Below are positions 24,300 through 36,937 of a DNA stretch of 64,000 nt, piece by piece. The notes below the pieces were generated by a model. That model searched no databases and had not been told where the DNA came from. It saw nothing but the letters and a program-made list of their open reading frames with translations. Source of the DNA: Eledone cirrhosa. Its lineage: Eukaryota. The DNA is taken from contig OZ024742.1 in the NCBI GenBank assembly GCA_964016885.1, forward strand, positions 277,078,001 to 277,142,000. Direction: 5' to 3'. The translations under genes and the position numbers were made by a program. Position 1 is the first letter of the stretch. Every line of letters begins with the position of its first letter.

Positions 24300-25850
24300 T
24301 GCTGAAATGGAGGAGATGATCTTATATGTCATCAAATATGGTACTTCTCAGTTTCCATAGATTCAATAGCAGACCTAGCCCAGTTAGTGTGCAATATTTT
24401 GTTTCTGGGAAGCTGATAGAAAGGTTGTTTTTTTTACTTTCCTGCAGGCTGGCTGTCAGAAGACTACAACACTAGTTACCTCTATGCTAAAATATTTTTT
24501 AACCCTTTAGCATTTACATTACTCTATATTTACTATTATATTTTCATGTTAAATTTTCATGTAATTATCTCACATAACATCGAATCTATGAGATTTTTAT
24601 TTATTTTAAGAACAAATACCCTAACGTCGATATGAGTGGCCAGTAACAGCTGGTTTGAACAGAAAGAGGTGAGAGAATTCTGGTCAGATACGGCCTATTT
24701 AAATACTAAAGGATTAAATAATGATATTGATTTCAAGGATTGCAGAAGGCAGTTGTATGACAATGCCGGCAATATACATGGTCACTATACAGAAATGCAA
24801 GCCAGACATAAGGATAAGAACCCCACAACTGTTTTAATCCCCTGTGCTGCTCACTCATTAAATCTTATTGGGCAGGCTGCTGCATTTTGCTGGATTGAAG
24901 CTGTCACTTATTGTGGCTTCACATAAAGTATGTGCATACAGTTGGGCACATTTATTGAAGTCTTTGGAAAGAAGGAAAAGAGCACAAACTGTGAAGTCTC
25001 TGTCAGAAACATGTTGGTCAGTGAATGTTGATACTACTGAAGCCCTCACAGATTGGTATAACTGCATTGAAAGTGATTTGTAACAAACACCTGAAGCAAA
25101 ATATGAAGCACAGGCATAGGCGGACAGAATGGGCTGTCTGGAAGCTGTTCTGATGGTCAAGATCTGGAACTTAATTCTTGCATGATTCAACAACATAAAG
25201 ATTTTGATAGTACTAAAGTTGACCTAATTTAATTGATTCTCAGGAAAAGATTTTGAAATCCTTTTAGGAATGCCTTTGGAATAGGGATGAAGAGTTGGAA
25301 CTAAATGTCAAAACCCTCTAAAGTTTCATCAACTACAAAGCAATAACAGGTAGGCCATGAAAGAGAAACAAACATCATGAGGCAAATCCAAATTAGTGTC
25401 AGAGGAAATTGATATTTTATTAGAAGAAAAACTAAGATTCAGGACTTTTAATGTCATAATGTTATTTTGGATCAGTCGCCTTACAAAAATGCAGCCTAGC
25501 TTATAAATTAGTGCATAAGTTCAGTTACAGCACTCTTATGGAGTTTGCCTAATGTGAACTTAGTTATATGGTGATAGAAGAAATTGTCCATTTTGCAGCC
25601 TTTTCCAAACACAGATCATGACTCATGTCATTTCAACAGACTTGCTGATACTTTTCCAAGTGTTGAAGTAGTTCTTATAATATATTTGAGCTTGATAGTT
25701 AGTTAGTGTCCAGGAGAGAGATCATTCAGCAAATTAGCTGAGACCCATGATGACCCATAAAAATCTTAGTGTTCTCTGTTTACAGAATGTAGAAAGCAGT
25801 GTTCTGTAGTTGATTTAATTTAATGAGTTCATTACAGATTTTTAAAATAC
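24300..25850 (+). mobile_element. Decayed hAT transposase (ZMYM1-like group)
   Basis: DCRRQLYDNAGN...IPCAAHSLNL, KSLSETCWS (for TRW) and a C-terminal ERSFSKL-like motif near 25715; many stops and frameshifts. Confidence 0.8.
24503..24713. mobile_element. TTAA-flanked piggyBac-like MITE inserted in the hAT relic
   Basis: TTAA CCCTTTAGCATTTA ... TAAATACTAAAGGA TTAA. Further copies at 46433-46653, 46923-47129 and 57455-57562 (partial). Confidence 0.75.
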
Positions 25851-26747
25851 CAAGTCTTTTTGTAGGTATTGTTGTGATGCAAAAGTAGATATAACTTACT
25901 GTACTTAGTTTAGATATAAAGTTTTTCCTTTAATCTTTCTATAGAGGATTTGGTATGTTTTAACCTAAGCTTTTAGTACAGTTGTTAACATCTCTGTGGT
26001 AGCCCTGACACTAACTTGTTAGTACATTTATGTATAACATTTAACATTTATGTATTATGTATAATTCCATAATACAAAATGTATTTCCATGTTACATTTA
26101 TGTATTACTGGTCAATTTTTTTGCATTTAATATTTGTATGCACATATAACTTGTTAATTCCAATTGCATGCAATAAGAAGATGTAATATTTTGGGGGGGT
26201 GTTGTGTATGAAAGAAGAGTGGCACTGAGACTGAAGTGTCCCCGGCTCCTTGAGGTCTAAATCTGGCCCTAGTTACTCTCATTAGCTACGTCTTGCAGTC
26301 ATGTAGAAGGATGATTTGAATGGGCATTTGATAGATGTGGATTTATGTGACCAGATGAATGACAACAGGATACAGCACGTGTATGATTGAAATGGACATC
26401 TATCTGATTTTTACTTTGGCCTGTGGAAGTAAAGGTGATGCCAAGATACTTGAATTGATTGACTTCTTAGCTAATTTCGCCTTTGAATATGACAAGGATC
26501 CTTTCAGAAGCAATATATGCCAAACTCTGAAATTTGTCATTGCTAGATCAGTTTTCTCCAACAACTCCTGCTCAAAAGCTGAATCTAGTGTTTGTTCACA
26601 CCATTCACTGCACTCGAAGTAAACTGTCCTGCAAGACCCCCTCTGGGATTACATAAATGGTGAGGTTAGCAATTAAAAATGGGGATTGGCTTGATCATGC
26701 TGCATCTCAAGCTAATTATTTGGTTCTCAACAAAAAGTACCCAGCCC

Positions 26748-26895
26748 CAGGGCCGGATTTAGATTTGATGAGGCCCTAAGCTATTTGAGATAGTGGAGCC
26801 CTTTATATGTCCAGATGTCCTATGTTAGCGACAAATTGTCGCTGTTTTTTGTGTGGGGGCCCCTAAGCTATAGCTTATACGTAAATCCCACTCTG
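26748..26895. mobile_element. hAT MITE with 8-bp TSD, nested in an RTE 3'UTR
   Basis: CAGGGCCGGATTTA...TAAATCCCACTCTG flanked by cccagccc at 26740-26747 and 26896-26903. Confidence 0.8.
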
Positions 26896-27285
26896 CCCAG
26901 CCCACACTGTAAAGTGGTCATGTAGGTGTCACGACAAAAAGCACCCAGTCCACACTGTAGGGTGGTGGTGTAGGTGTCAACAAAAAGCACCCTGCCCACA
27001 CTGTAAAGTTCTCATATAGGTGTCACAACAAAAAGCAACCAGCCCACACTGTAATGTGGTCATATAGATGTCATGACAAAAAGTACCTAGCCCACGCTGA
27101 AAATGTGGTTGGCATTGGGAAGGGCATCCACCTGTAGAAACCAAGCCCAAATCAGTTCTGTTTGAGCAAGGCATGGTCATCTGACCTGGCCTATCTCTCA
27201 ACAGAACAACTCATTTAACCCATGTTAGCCTGGAAAATGGACGTTAAACGGTGATGATGATGGTGGTGGTGGTGGTGGTGGTGGT
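26896..27285 (+). mobile_element. RTE 3'UTR with ~5 tandem ~48-bp units
   Basis: Repeated cacactgtaaagtggtc.tgtaggtgtcacgacaaaaagcacccag followed by the shared RTE terminus. Confidence 0.75.
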
Positions 27286-27911
27286 GTCCACTGTTGGAAT
27301 CCTGATTGGCTGACAATATCTGCATCAGATGTATGAGATCTGGGTTAGATTAGGTAAGTGAGGGACTTGAAGTATATGCTAAAAAGAGGCCTATATTCAA
27401 TATGTGACCTAATAAAATGTGTCTACAATATATACTCATATATGTGACAAAAAAATTGATAGTAAAATGAAGGTGTGAATATTACACTGGTTTGACTTTG
27501 GAGGTGAATATTTTTCCTATTGTTTTTTATGTTTTTTAAATGAAACAGTTGAAAATTGGTAAAAACATCATTGCATAATGGAGTTGTGAAACAAAAAACT
27601 ATACTCTAAATGACACTAAAAACATTTTAAATATCAAAATATTAAAACTTCATAAATGTATTCTCCCCATATGAGTATTTCTATTAAGTGCTTTAGTTTA
27701 TACACAAGGTTTGGATTTTTGCCCAAAATAGAATTTGTGACATAAATACAATATGTGACCTATTTAAAATGTGTTGACCTAAACTAAAAGCCTAGCTATC
27801 TTATCAAATTCTATGGACCCAACTGCATATATGAAAGATCAATGTATGTAGATCAGGTAGTAGGTAAGAGTATTCAAATGAATACAAATGTTTCACTATT
27901 ATTTTACTTAA

Positions 27912-28101
27912 AGCGGTGGATTGGCAGTATCGGTAGAGGGTCGGATGCCATGCTTTGATGCATAGAGTTATGGCCCTTGTCATTCTGAGTTCAAATCCCG
28001 CCGAGGTTAACTTTGCCTTTCATCCTTACGGGGTCGATAAAATAAAGTACCAGTAATGCACTGGGTAATTGGTGGCCTTGTGCCAAAAATAGAAACAATA
28101 A
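27912..28101 (+). mobile_element. tRNA-derived SINE (family B)
   Basis: Matches 5810-6002; flanking direct repeat tttacttaaagc. Confidence 0.8.
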
Positions 28102-28464
28102 TTTACTTAAAGCTTGATCTTTTACTTGCTAGCTGACATGCTTCAGACAATTAGAAGGTTAACCTTGGAAAATGATTAGATTCGGTTAATTATGTGGTGC
28201 ATTTGGATGGGTGTCTTGATTTCATTTTATACCAAATTTGAAAACACAAAGCTTAAATAGTACAATGTTACCCAAATCTCCTAATGCATGGCATTGTTAT
28301 TTAAGCAACTAAGATGCACAACTTAAATATACTCTCCTGCTATCTGCAATAGCTGTTGGTTTTCTTTTATTGTCATAAAGGCAACAGATGGGAACATATT
28401 TTTTCTCATTTTTCCTATGTTGCCCATACATCTATGAGTATGTGTGTGTGTGTGCGTGCATGTA

Positions 28465-28523
<59 letters not shown>

Positions 28524-28528
<5 letters not shown>

Positions 28529-29255
28529 GATAAGCAGAACAAGTAAAATTCAACCAATTTTTCAAAATAAATAAAAAAATATAATTTAAATATTTACCTA
28601 TCAAGTTTGCCCTTACTGATCAGTTTCGCTTTGTAAAACAATAGAAATCCATTGGATTTCCAATGGAAAATCAAAGTTCATCAGAGAAGCATTTTCCTTT
28701 CCTAGGACTAAAGTCCCAGGAACGATAAAATATATCGCCATCTGCCAGCTAGCACAGATCTAAATGAGGTCGAAAAGTGACCCGTACGTGAACCAGTCCG
28801 AAATAAGAGCGGGAAAAAACATAGACGTGCTGTCTATCTTACTACTAAAAATAGCAGCTAAATAGAACAACAGATTTGTTCTCTACATAACGGAGAATAT
28901 TAAAAGAAGTTAATATGCCCATGGGTACTAAGTACCCCTAGAAATACATAGGTTGTCTATGATTCAGGGTTGTTCAATGGTATTAATTTGACATACCAGA
29001 ACTATAATATTAAGATAAGCAGAACAAGTAAAATTCAACCAATTTTTCAAAATAAATTAAAAAATATAATTTAAATATTTACCTATCAAGTTTGCCCTTA
29101 CTGATCAGTTTCGCTTTGTAAAACATTAGAAATCCATTGGATTTCCAATGGAAAATCAAAGTTCATCAGAGAAGCATTTTCCTTTCCTAGGACTAAAGTC
29201 CCAGGAACGATCTATGTATTTCCAGGGGTACTTAGTACCCATGGGCATATTAACT

Positions 29256-29262
<7 letters not shown>
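28524..29262 (-). mobile_element. Non-autonomous Penelope-like/retrozyme unit with two hammerhead-like motifs
   Basis: ~203-bp direct repeats 28524-28726 and 29009-29211 (period 485), each with CTGATGA...GAAAC-tgatca-GTA on the minus strand. 29212-29262 is an inverted copy of ~28900-28951. (TA)n on both flanks. Confidence 0.75.
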
Positions 29263-29296
<34 letters not shown>

Positions 29297-29307
29297 TAAA
29301 TATAAAT

Positions 29308-29984
29308 TACGTAGATTAGAGAGAAATGAAGCCTTCATGCTCCGATGGATGTGTAACAGTAATATACGTGAACGACAAAGCATAAAGGAATTGAGAGAGA
29401 GACTGAGCATAAGAGGAATCAAATGCTGCGTGCAGGAGAGGCGGTTACGCTGGTATGGACATGTGATGCGTATGAAGGATGACAGCTGCATAAAAAGGTG
29501 CAGAGCACTAGAAGTTGATGGAAACCGCGGAGTGGGGAGACCCAAGATGACTTGGGATGAGGTGATAAAAGCCGACCTTACCCAACTACACCTCTCAAAG
29601 TCAATGACACACGACCGTGACTTCTGGCGTCACGCAGTAATACAGGGTACCCGACCTCCCATGGGTACATGCTGAAGCATATAGACAATATGCCCCCCCC
29701 CCCCCCCACCGCAAGGTGGTCGTGGAGGTGCCACGGCAAAAAAGCACCCAGCCCACACTGTAAAGTGGACGTGTAGGCGCCACGAAAAAGCACCCAGCAC
29801 TCACTGTAAATGAGGTTGGTGTTAGGAAGGGCATCCAGCTGTAGAAATCAAGCCAGATCAGTTCCTGTATGAGCAAGGCATGGTCAGCCGACCAGACACT
29901 GCCCACAACAGGACAACCCGTCTAACCCATGCTAGCGTGGAAGAACGGACGTAAAACGGTGATGATGATGATGATGATGATGAT
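29308..29984 (+). mobile_element. 5'-truncated RTE LINE
   Basis: LRRLERNEAFMLRWMC...RLRWYGHVMRM...GRPKMTW, then 3'UTR and (ATG)n. Confidence 0.9.
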
Positions 29985-29993
29985 ATATATATA

Positions 29994-30191
29994 TAAGGGT
30001 TGGCTGAAATGTTCATAGGCTGACCAAGATACTTTCATAGAATGACCAAATGAGGTTTATTTTTCAACATAGTCCCTGGAAAGAAACAATGCAGTTATTA
30101 ATAAGAAGAATTGAAATTAATGCATGCAAAATTTCACAATCTTAGCACCATTCCTTCATGGTCAGCCTATGAACTTTTCAGCCTACCCTCG
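29994..30191. mobile_element. mariner-type MITE
   Basis: TIRs aagggttggctgaaatgttcataggctgacca / tggtcagcctatgaacttttcagcctaccctcg; TA flanks. Confidence 0.8.
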
Positions 30192-30676
30192 TACATACAC
30201 ATATATATATATATATATGTAGGTGTCACGACAAAAATCACCCAGTCCACACTGTAGAGTGGTTGTGTAGGAGACACAGTAAAAAGGCTCCCAGTCCACA
30301 CTGTAAATGTGGTTGGCATTAGGAAGGGCATCCAGCTGTAGAAAACCATCCAGAAACAGTTCTATACGAGCGAGACATGGTCACCCAAACAATCTTGCCT
30401 CAAGTGGGACGAACCCATCTAACTCATGCTAGCGTGGAAGATGGACGTTGAACGATGATGATGATGACACACACACACATATAGTTGAAAAGGGGGGGGG
30501 TACATTTCCATACAAAAAGAAAAAAATAATATTTAAGTATACTTTTGTGCTTTTTTGCCTTCACTTTTTAACTATATATATACATATATATATATAAATG
30601 AATAAAGAATATAACAGGATTTAAATTAAATTGGTGGACTATAAAATCACATTGGGCTTTCTTTCATATATATATA

Positions 30677-32475
30677 TGTCAAGGAAAAGTGTGATATTGT
30701 CGGGGAGAAGTGTGTCCATAATGATGATGGTGTTCTTGCCATCACTGATACTGATAAGAAGGTAGCTTGGAAGCATCACTAAGAGAGACTACTAAATGAG
30801 GACAATAAATGGGAAAAAATAGTCTGCCCCAAATCGATCCGATAGAGGGACCAGCTGTGCAAGTTAATGGTCGTATAATAAGTAAGGCAATCAAAGATAT
30901 GAAGACGGGCAAGGCAGCTGGGCCTTTGGTGATAGTTACTGAGATGTTGAAAGCATCTGGAATGGTGGGATATACTATGGTCACTCGGATAGTAAACCAA
31001 GTAATACAGAATGGGTCATACCAAATTACTGGCATAGTAGCATCCCCGTTAACTGCTACAAGGGCAAAGGAGACGCTCTAGATAGAGAAAACTATAGAGG
31101 CATTAAGTTAGTTGACCAGGTCATGAAGGTCACAGAAAGAGCTATTGCACAACTAATTAAAGACCAAATTGATCTAGAGGAAATCCAGTTTTGGTTTGTG
31201 TCACTACTGATGCTCTTTTCCTTGTACGGCAACTACAGGAGAAGTACCTAGCTAAAAGTAAACCCCTCTACTTAGCTTTTGTTGACTTGGAGAAAGCCTT
31301 TGACAGAGTCCCCTGCTCTGTTATCTGGTGGGCTCTTAGAAAACTAGGAGTAGATGAAGGGATTGTGAGAGCTATACAAGCTATGTATAAAGATACAGTC
31401 AGCAAGGTTAGAATTAACAATGAATATAGTGAAGAATTTAGTGAAAAAGTAGGTGTTCATGAAGACTCCGTCCTTAGCCCCCTCCTGTATAATAGAGGAG
31501 TTTAAGACCAGCTGCACATGGCAACTTCTATATGCAGATGATCTAACTCTCATAGCTGAATCTATGGCTGAACTAGAGAAGAAATTCCAAACATAGAAGC
31601 ATGGCCTAGAATCAAAAGGCCTTAAAGTTAACTTGTCTAAGACTAAAGTTCTAGTATGTAGAAAGGAAAATAGGGCATAGGTGCCATCTGGGAAATGGCC
31701 ATGCTCAGTGTGTAGGAAAGGAGTAGGTAGAAACTCCATTCTATGCCCCAAATGCAAACTATGGGTACATAAAATGTGTAGTGGGATCACAGGCAAGCTA
31801 TCTAAGAACGTAGATTTTATATGTGGCCGATGCTCAGGTGCAATAAGTAGTAAGTGCCCAGAGGATACTAGCTCCTTTTACTGCCCAGATGGTTCTATAG
31901 AAATAGTGGACACTTTCTGTTACCTGGGTGACAAAATCAGCAGTGGTGGAGGGTGCTCTGAAAGTATAGTAGCCAGTGTTAGAGCGGGATGGAAAAAGTT
32001 CAGAGAGCTTATACCGCTGTTGGCCACAAAAGGTTTCTCTCTAAAAATGAAAGGCAGATTGTATGATGTTTGTATACGAACAGCAATGTTACATGGCAGT
32101 AAGACATGGGCATTGTGTGCAGAGAACCTACACAGACTCCATCCTTCCACTCCCACCAACACCACCCTTTCTCTATAAAGTTATGTTGGTACCACAACAT
32201 CCAGTCCAAACTAATGAGGTCGTGTAGGTGTCACAACAAAAAAACCACACAGTCCACGCTGTAATGTGGTCGTGTAGGTAACACGGTAAAAAGCTCCCAG
32301 TCCACACTGTAAATGTGGTTGGTGTTAGGAAGGGCATCTAGCCATAGAAAACCTACCAGATACTGTCCTATACAAGCAAGACATGGTCTCCCGATCAATC
32401 TTGCCTCAAGTGGGACAATTCCCGTCTAACCCATGTTAGTGTGGAAGATAGACGTTAAACGATGATGATGATGAT
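30677..32475 (+). mobile_element. Decayed RTE LINE (RT and PHD-like insert; C-terminus deleted)
   Basis: AFVDLEKAFDRV, YADD at ~31530, GKWPCSVC...; stops and frameshifts; 3'UTR present. Confidence 0.9.
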
Positions 32476-32774
32476 ATATGTATATATATCAAAACATAAC
32501 AAAGTAAAATATCAAAAAGTTTGAAAATTAAAGAATGCAGAAAAAAAAAAAATGATATAAAGATTTGAAGATGCACATAATATTTTTTATAGACATGCAA
32601 ATTTACAGTACACAACAAAAAGAAATTAGTTCATACTAAAAAAATTATAGATTTAAAAAAAATATAGTTAGGTTTACAGAAATAGTCATGATTGTTTAAT
32701 TAGTTTTTGTACTAACTGGTTTCACTATGAGTAGCTTTTCAAAATTTCATTTTGATTTGTGCTAGTGTTGGATA

Positions 32775-33006
32775 TATAACGGAATACTCCTACGTTTTAC
32801 CGGCGAAGATTCGAAACTGAATCTGAGCTTTCTCGCCTCTGGGACAATCTATCATTGGAAGTTGTCACCATGATAAATGTACATTTATCATTGTTGTCTT
32901 GACAAGACAATGGTGAGAACTTCCAATGATAGATTGTTCCAGAGTCGAGAAAGCTCAGATTCGGTTTCGAATCTTCGTCTGTAAAACATAGGAGTATTCC
33001 GTTATA
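32775..33006. repeat. Imperfect foldback, ~95-bp arms
   Basis: tataacggaatactccta...caccat pairs with atggtg...taggagtattccgttata; small internal palindromes in the spacer. Confidence 0.9.
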
Positions 33007-33304
33007 GATATATTTTTTTTCACATGTTGCTACATGGGAGATATAATTTGACACATGTATGTGTCTGTGTGTGTGTTGATATATGTAAAAATAAAGTTTG
33101 TCTCGAACCTGGAGGCTCATCAGGCTGGTGCTTATCTCGGTTTCCGTATCATGAAGCAACTAAGAATACAAGACTCTCTCCTGGACAGGATGCCAGTCAA
33201 TCACAAGGTTAAACCCTCTTTTGTTGGTACTCATTTTCAGCTGAGTATACTGGAACAACGTGAAATGAAGTGTTTTGCTCAAGAACACAACACGCAACCC
33301 AGTC

Positions 33305-34170
33305 CACCACACTAACCACTACACCACCACACTAACCATTACATCATCACACTGATCACTACACCATGCTGACCAGTTGACAACTACACCACCACACTAA
33401 CCACTACATCATCACACTGATCACTACACCACACTGACTAGTTGACCACTACACCACCACACTAACCACTACTCCGCCGCACTAAATACTATACCACACT
33501 AACCACTACACCACCACACTGACCACTACACTATCACACTGTCCAATACACCACCATACTGACCACTGCACCATCACACTCTCGAATACACCACCACACT
33601 GACCACTACACCATCACATTGTCCAATAAACCACCACACTGACCGCTACACTATCACACTGACCACTATACCACCACACTGACCACTACACTATCACACT
33701 GTCCAATACACCACCACACTGACCACTACACCACACTAACCACTATACCACCACACTGACCACTACACTATCACACTGTCCAATACACCACCACACTGAC
33801 CACTACACCACACTAACCACTATACCACCACACTGACCACTACACTATCACACTGTCCAATACACAACCACACTGACCGCTACACTATCACACTGACCAC
33901 TATACCACCACACTGACCACTACACTATCACACTGTCCAATACACCACCACACTGACCACTACACCAAACTAACCACTATACCACCACACTGACCACTAC
34001 ACTATCACACTGTCCAATACACCACCACACTGACCACTACACCACACTAACCACTATACCACCACACTGACCACTACACTATCACACTGTCCAATACACC
34101 ACCACACTACACCACACTATCACACTGTCCAATACACCACCACACTGATTGCAACACCATCAACACTGAC
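33305..34170. repeat. Minisatellite of 17-20-bp units (ccacactgaccactacacca) fused to a minus-strand SINE at 33110-33305
   Basis: Directly visible tandem array with higher-order variant blocks. Confidence 0.95.
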
Positions 34171-34409
34171 CCACACTACCTACACCTCCCCCATTCATCT
34201 CATGCCAACATGGAAAGCCCAGCTTGCTTCTCAATATAATGCCAGGTGCCACTCCTTCACTTCTAGGCCACTTCCACAAGATGACACTTGATTGACACTG
34301 TAGGATGTCCCACTCCCCAGGAATGAAACCGGTAATCTGCCACCCCTGCTACCCATTAGCACTTTCCTCCCTGAGTTGAGGTCATAATGAGCACTCTAAT
34401 GTTGTAATA

Positions 34410-35590
34410 GGTTAGTGCTGTTGCCATGATAAAGTATATGTAGCCCATTCTGTTAAGTGGTTGTATTGGTGCCATGATGAAACACACCCAAACCATTCTG
34501 TAAAGTGGTTGTGTTGGTGCTATGATAAAATACACCTAGCCCGCTCTGTAGAGTGGTTGTGTTGGTGCTATGATAGAATATACCCAGCCTATTCTCTAAA
34601 GTATTAGTGGTGGTGCCACAATAAAATACTCCCAGCCCACTCTGTAAAGTGGCTGTGTTGGTGCCATGATAGAATATATCCAACCCATTCTGTAAAGTAT
34701 TAGTGTTGGTGCCATGATAGAACACCCAAACCACTCTGTAAAGTGGTTGTGTTGGTGCTATGATAAAATACACCTAGCCCGCTCTGTAGAGTGGTTGTGT
34801 TGGTGCTATGATAGAATATACCCAGCCCATTCTGTAAAGTATTAGTGTTGGTGCCATGATAGAACACCCAAACCACTCTGTAAAGTGGTTGTGTTGGTGC
34901 TATGATAAAATACTCCTAGCCCACTCTGTAGAGTGGTTGTGTTGGTGCTATGATAGAATATACCCAGCCCATTCTGTAAAGTATTAGTGTTGGTGCCATG
35001 ATAGAACACCCAAACCACTCTGTAAAGTGGTTGTGTTGGTGCTATGATAAAATACACCTAGCCCGCTCTGTAGAGTGGTTGTGTTGGTGCTATGATAGAA
35101 TATACCCAGCCTATTCTCTAAAGTATTAGTGGTGGTGCCACAATAAAATACTCCCAGCCCACTCTGTAAAATGGCTGTGTTGGTGCCATGATAGAATATA
35201 TCCAGCCCATTATGTAAAGTGGTTCTGTTAGTGCCATGATAAAATACATCCAGCCCACTCTATAAAGTGTTAGTTATGGTGCCATGATAAAATATATTCA
35301 GCCCACTCTGTAAAGTGTTTGCGATGGTGCCATTATAAAAAATCACCAAGCCCACCATGTAAGGTGGTAGTGCTGGTACCACAATAAAATGCTCCCAGTA
35401 CATACTGTAACATGGTTAGCATTAGTAAGGGCATCCAGCTGTAGAAACCATGCCAGAATTGAATATGTGTGCAAGATGTGGTCACCTGATCTATCAAGCC
35501 TCAGAACATGACAATCTGTCTAAGCCATGCAAGCATGGAAAATATCTGTTAAATGGGGATGATGATGATAATGATGAAGGTGATGGTGAT
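34410..35590 (+). repeat. Array of ~20 x 48-bp RTE 3'UTR units followed by an RTE terminus
   Basis: Unit ctctgtaaagtggttgtgttggtgctatgataaaatacacctagcccg; 142-bp higher-order period (34741/34883/35025); ends with aagggcatccagctgtagaaacc...(ATG)n. Confidence 0.9.
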
Positions 35591-36937
35591 ATGTGTGTGG
35601 TGTGTGTGTGTTTATGTATGTGTGTATATATATATATATATTGTCATCATCGTCATCATCATCATCATCATCATCATCAACATTATCTTTTAACATCCAT
35701 TTTCCACACTTGCATGGTTTAAAAGAGGTGACATGTTATGAGACAAGTCAGCTCCAAAGACCACATCATGCTCATATTGATCTGTTTTGGCTTGGTTTCT
35801 ATAGCTGGATGCCCTTCTTAAAGCCAACCACGTTACAGACTGCTTTTTATTGTGACACATAAACGACCACATCAAAGGGTGGACTGGGTGCTTTTAGTCA
35901 TGTCACCAGCATGATCACCTTACCTATATGTGTGTGTGTGTGTATACACATATAGAGATAATTTGAAGGAGAGATTGAGAGAAAGAATAAAGATTATAGC
36001 AGAGAAAAATCTAATTTCTACAGGTACTATATACAGGTAAATAGAAATTTAATTGAAAGAGAGATTTATGGAAATAGAGATGAAGTCAGAGAAAACTCGA
36101 TGGATAGAGAGAGAGAGAGAGAGAGATAGAGATATATATATATAGAGAGAGAGAGAGGGTTGTAAAAATAATAAGTATCTAAGCGTATGGAAGCAGTAGA
36201 AATGGAAAGAATAGAAGCAAGGGATTGACTAGAATTGTATCCCACACTATATAAACAGCTTCACTTAACACAACACATAGCTTATCAAGAAACAAGACAC
36301 ATCAATCCTTCTCTCTCATCCCATTCCTGTCACCACCACCATTACACTTAGATAACTATTGTATTCACTACCAACTAAACTACATTCACTGGTTTATCCT
36401 TGCTGTGTATTTTTGTCTTTTGGGGATAAAATATTATCTGTGATAATTGTAGTAATAATAGCAATAGCAGTATTGATTTCTTAATTAAGCATGATGCTTT
36501 TATTTATTTATTGTTGGCAAGGCAATTTAATAGGGTAATTTGTTCACAGACAATTGTCACCATAAATCCATTTGACTCAGGTATTACAAATAGATATCTC
36601 AACAATATATTTAACCAATGAATTCTACGATAGATTATTATTAGCACAGGCATAACTGGTAGAGCAACAAACAACAAAATATCTTCCAGGAATAATCCTT
36701 CCGTTACAATATTTCTCATGAAAAACACAAGCTACAATTTTAAAATAATTTTGAAAATAATCAAGAATTTGTGAGTATTTAATAAAACAATTAACTTTTT
36801 CATTATTAAAATGGTGTTTTAAATTTTCTAACTTAAAATCATGATGAGAGATTTAAATTTAAATATAAACACTTTGTATCATAGAACCAAAGCAGGTTTC
36901 AGTGAAGTTGGTATCAAAAAGGTTAATTTATCAACAA

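Noticed and set aside
24636-24926. Intact ZMYM1-like host gene
   Set aside because: It starts inside a MITE, and the surrounding transposase has many stops and frameshifts.
26359-26640. Possible host exon
   Set aside because: The minus strand reads EEVNQFKYLGITF, a LINE RT remnant.
29148-29675. 175-aa ORF as a novel fusion protein
   Set aside because: Chance read-through from a non-coding repeat across (TA)n into a truncated RTE.
34410-35400. CRISPR-like regular array
   Set aside because: The units are contiguous with no unique spacers, there are no cas genes, the context is eukaryotic, and the unit derives from the RTE 3'UTR.
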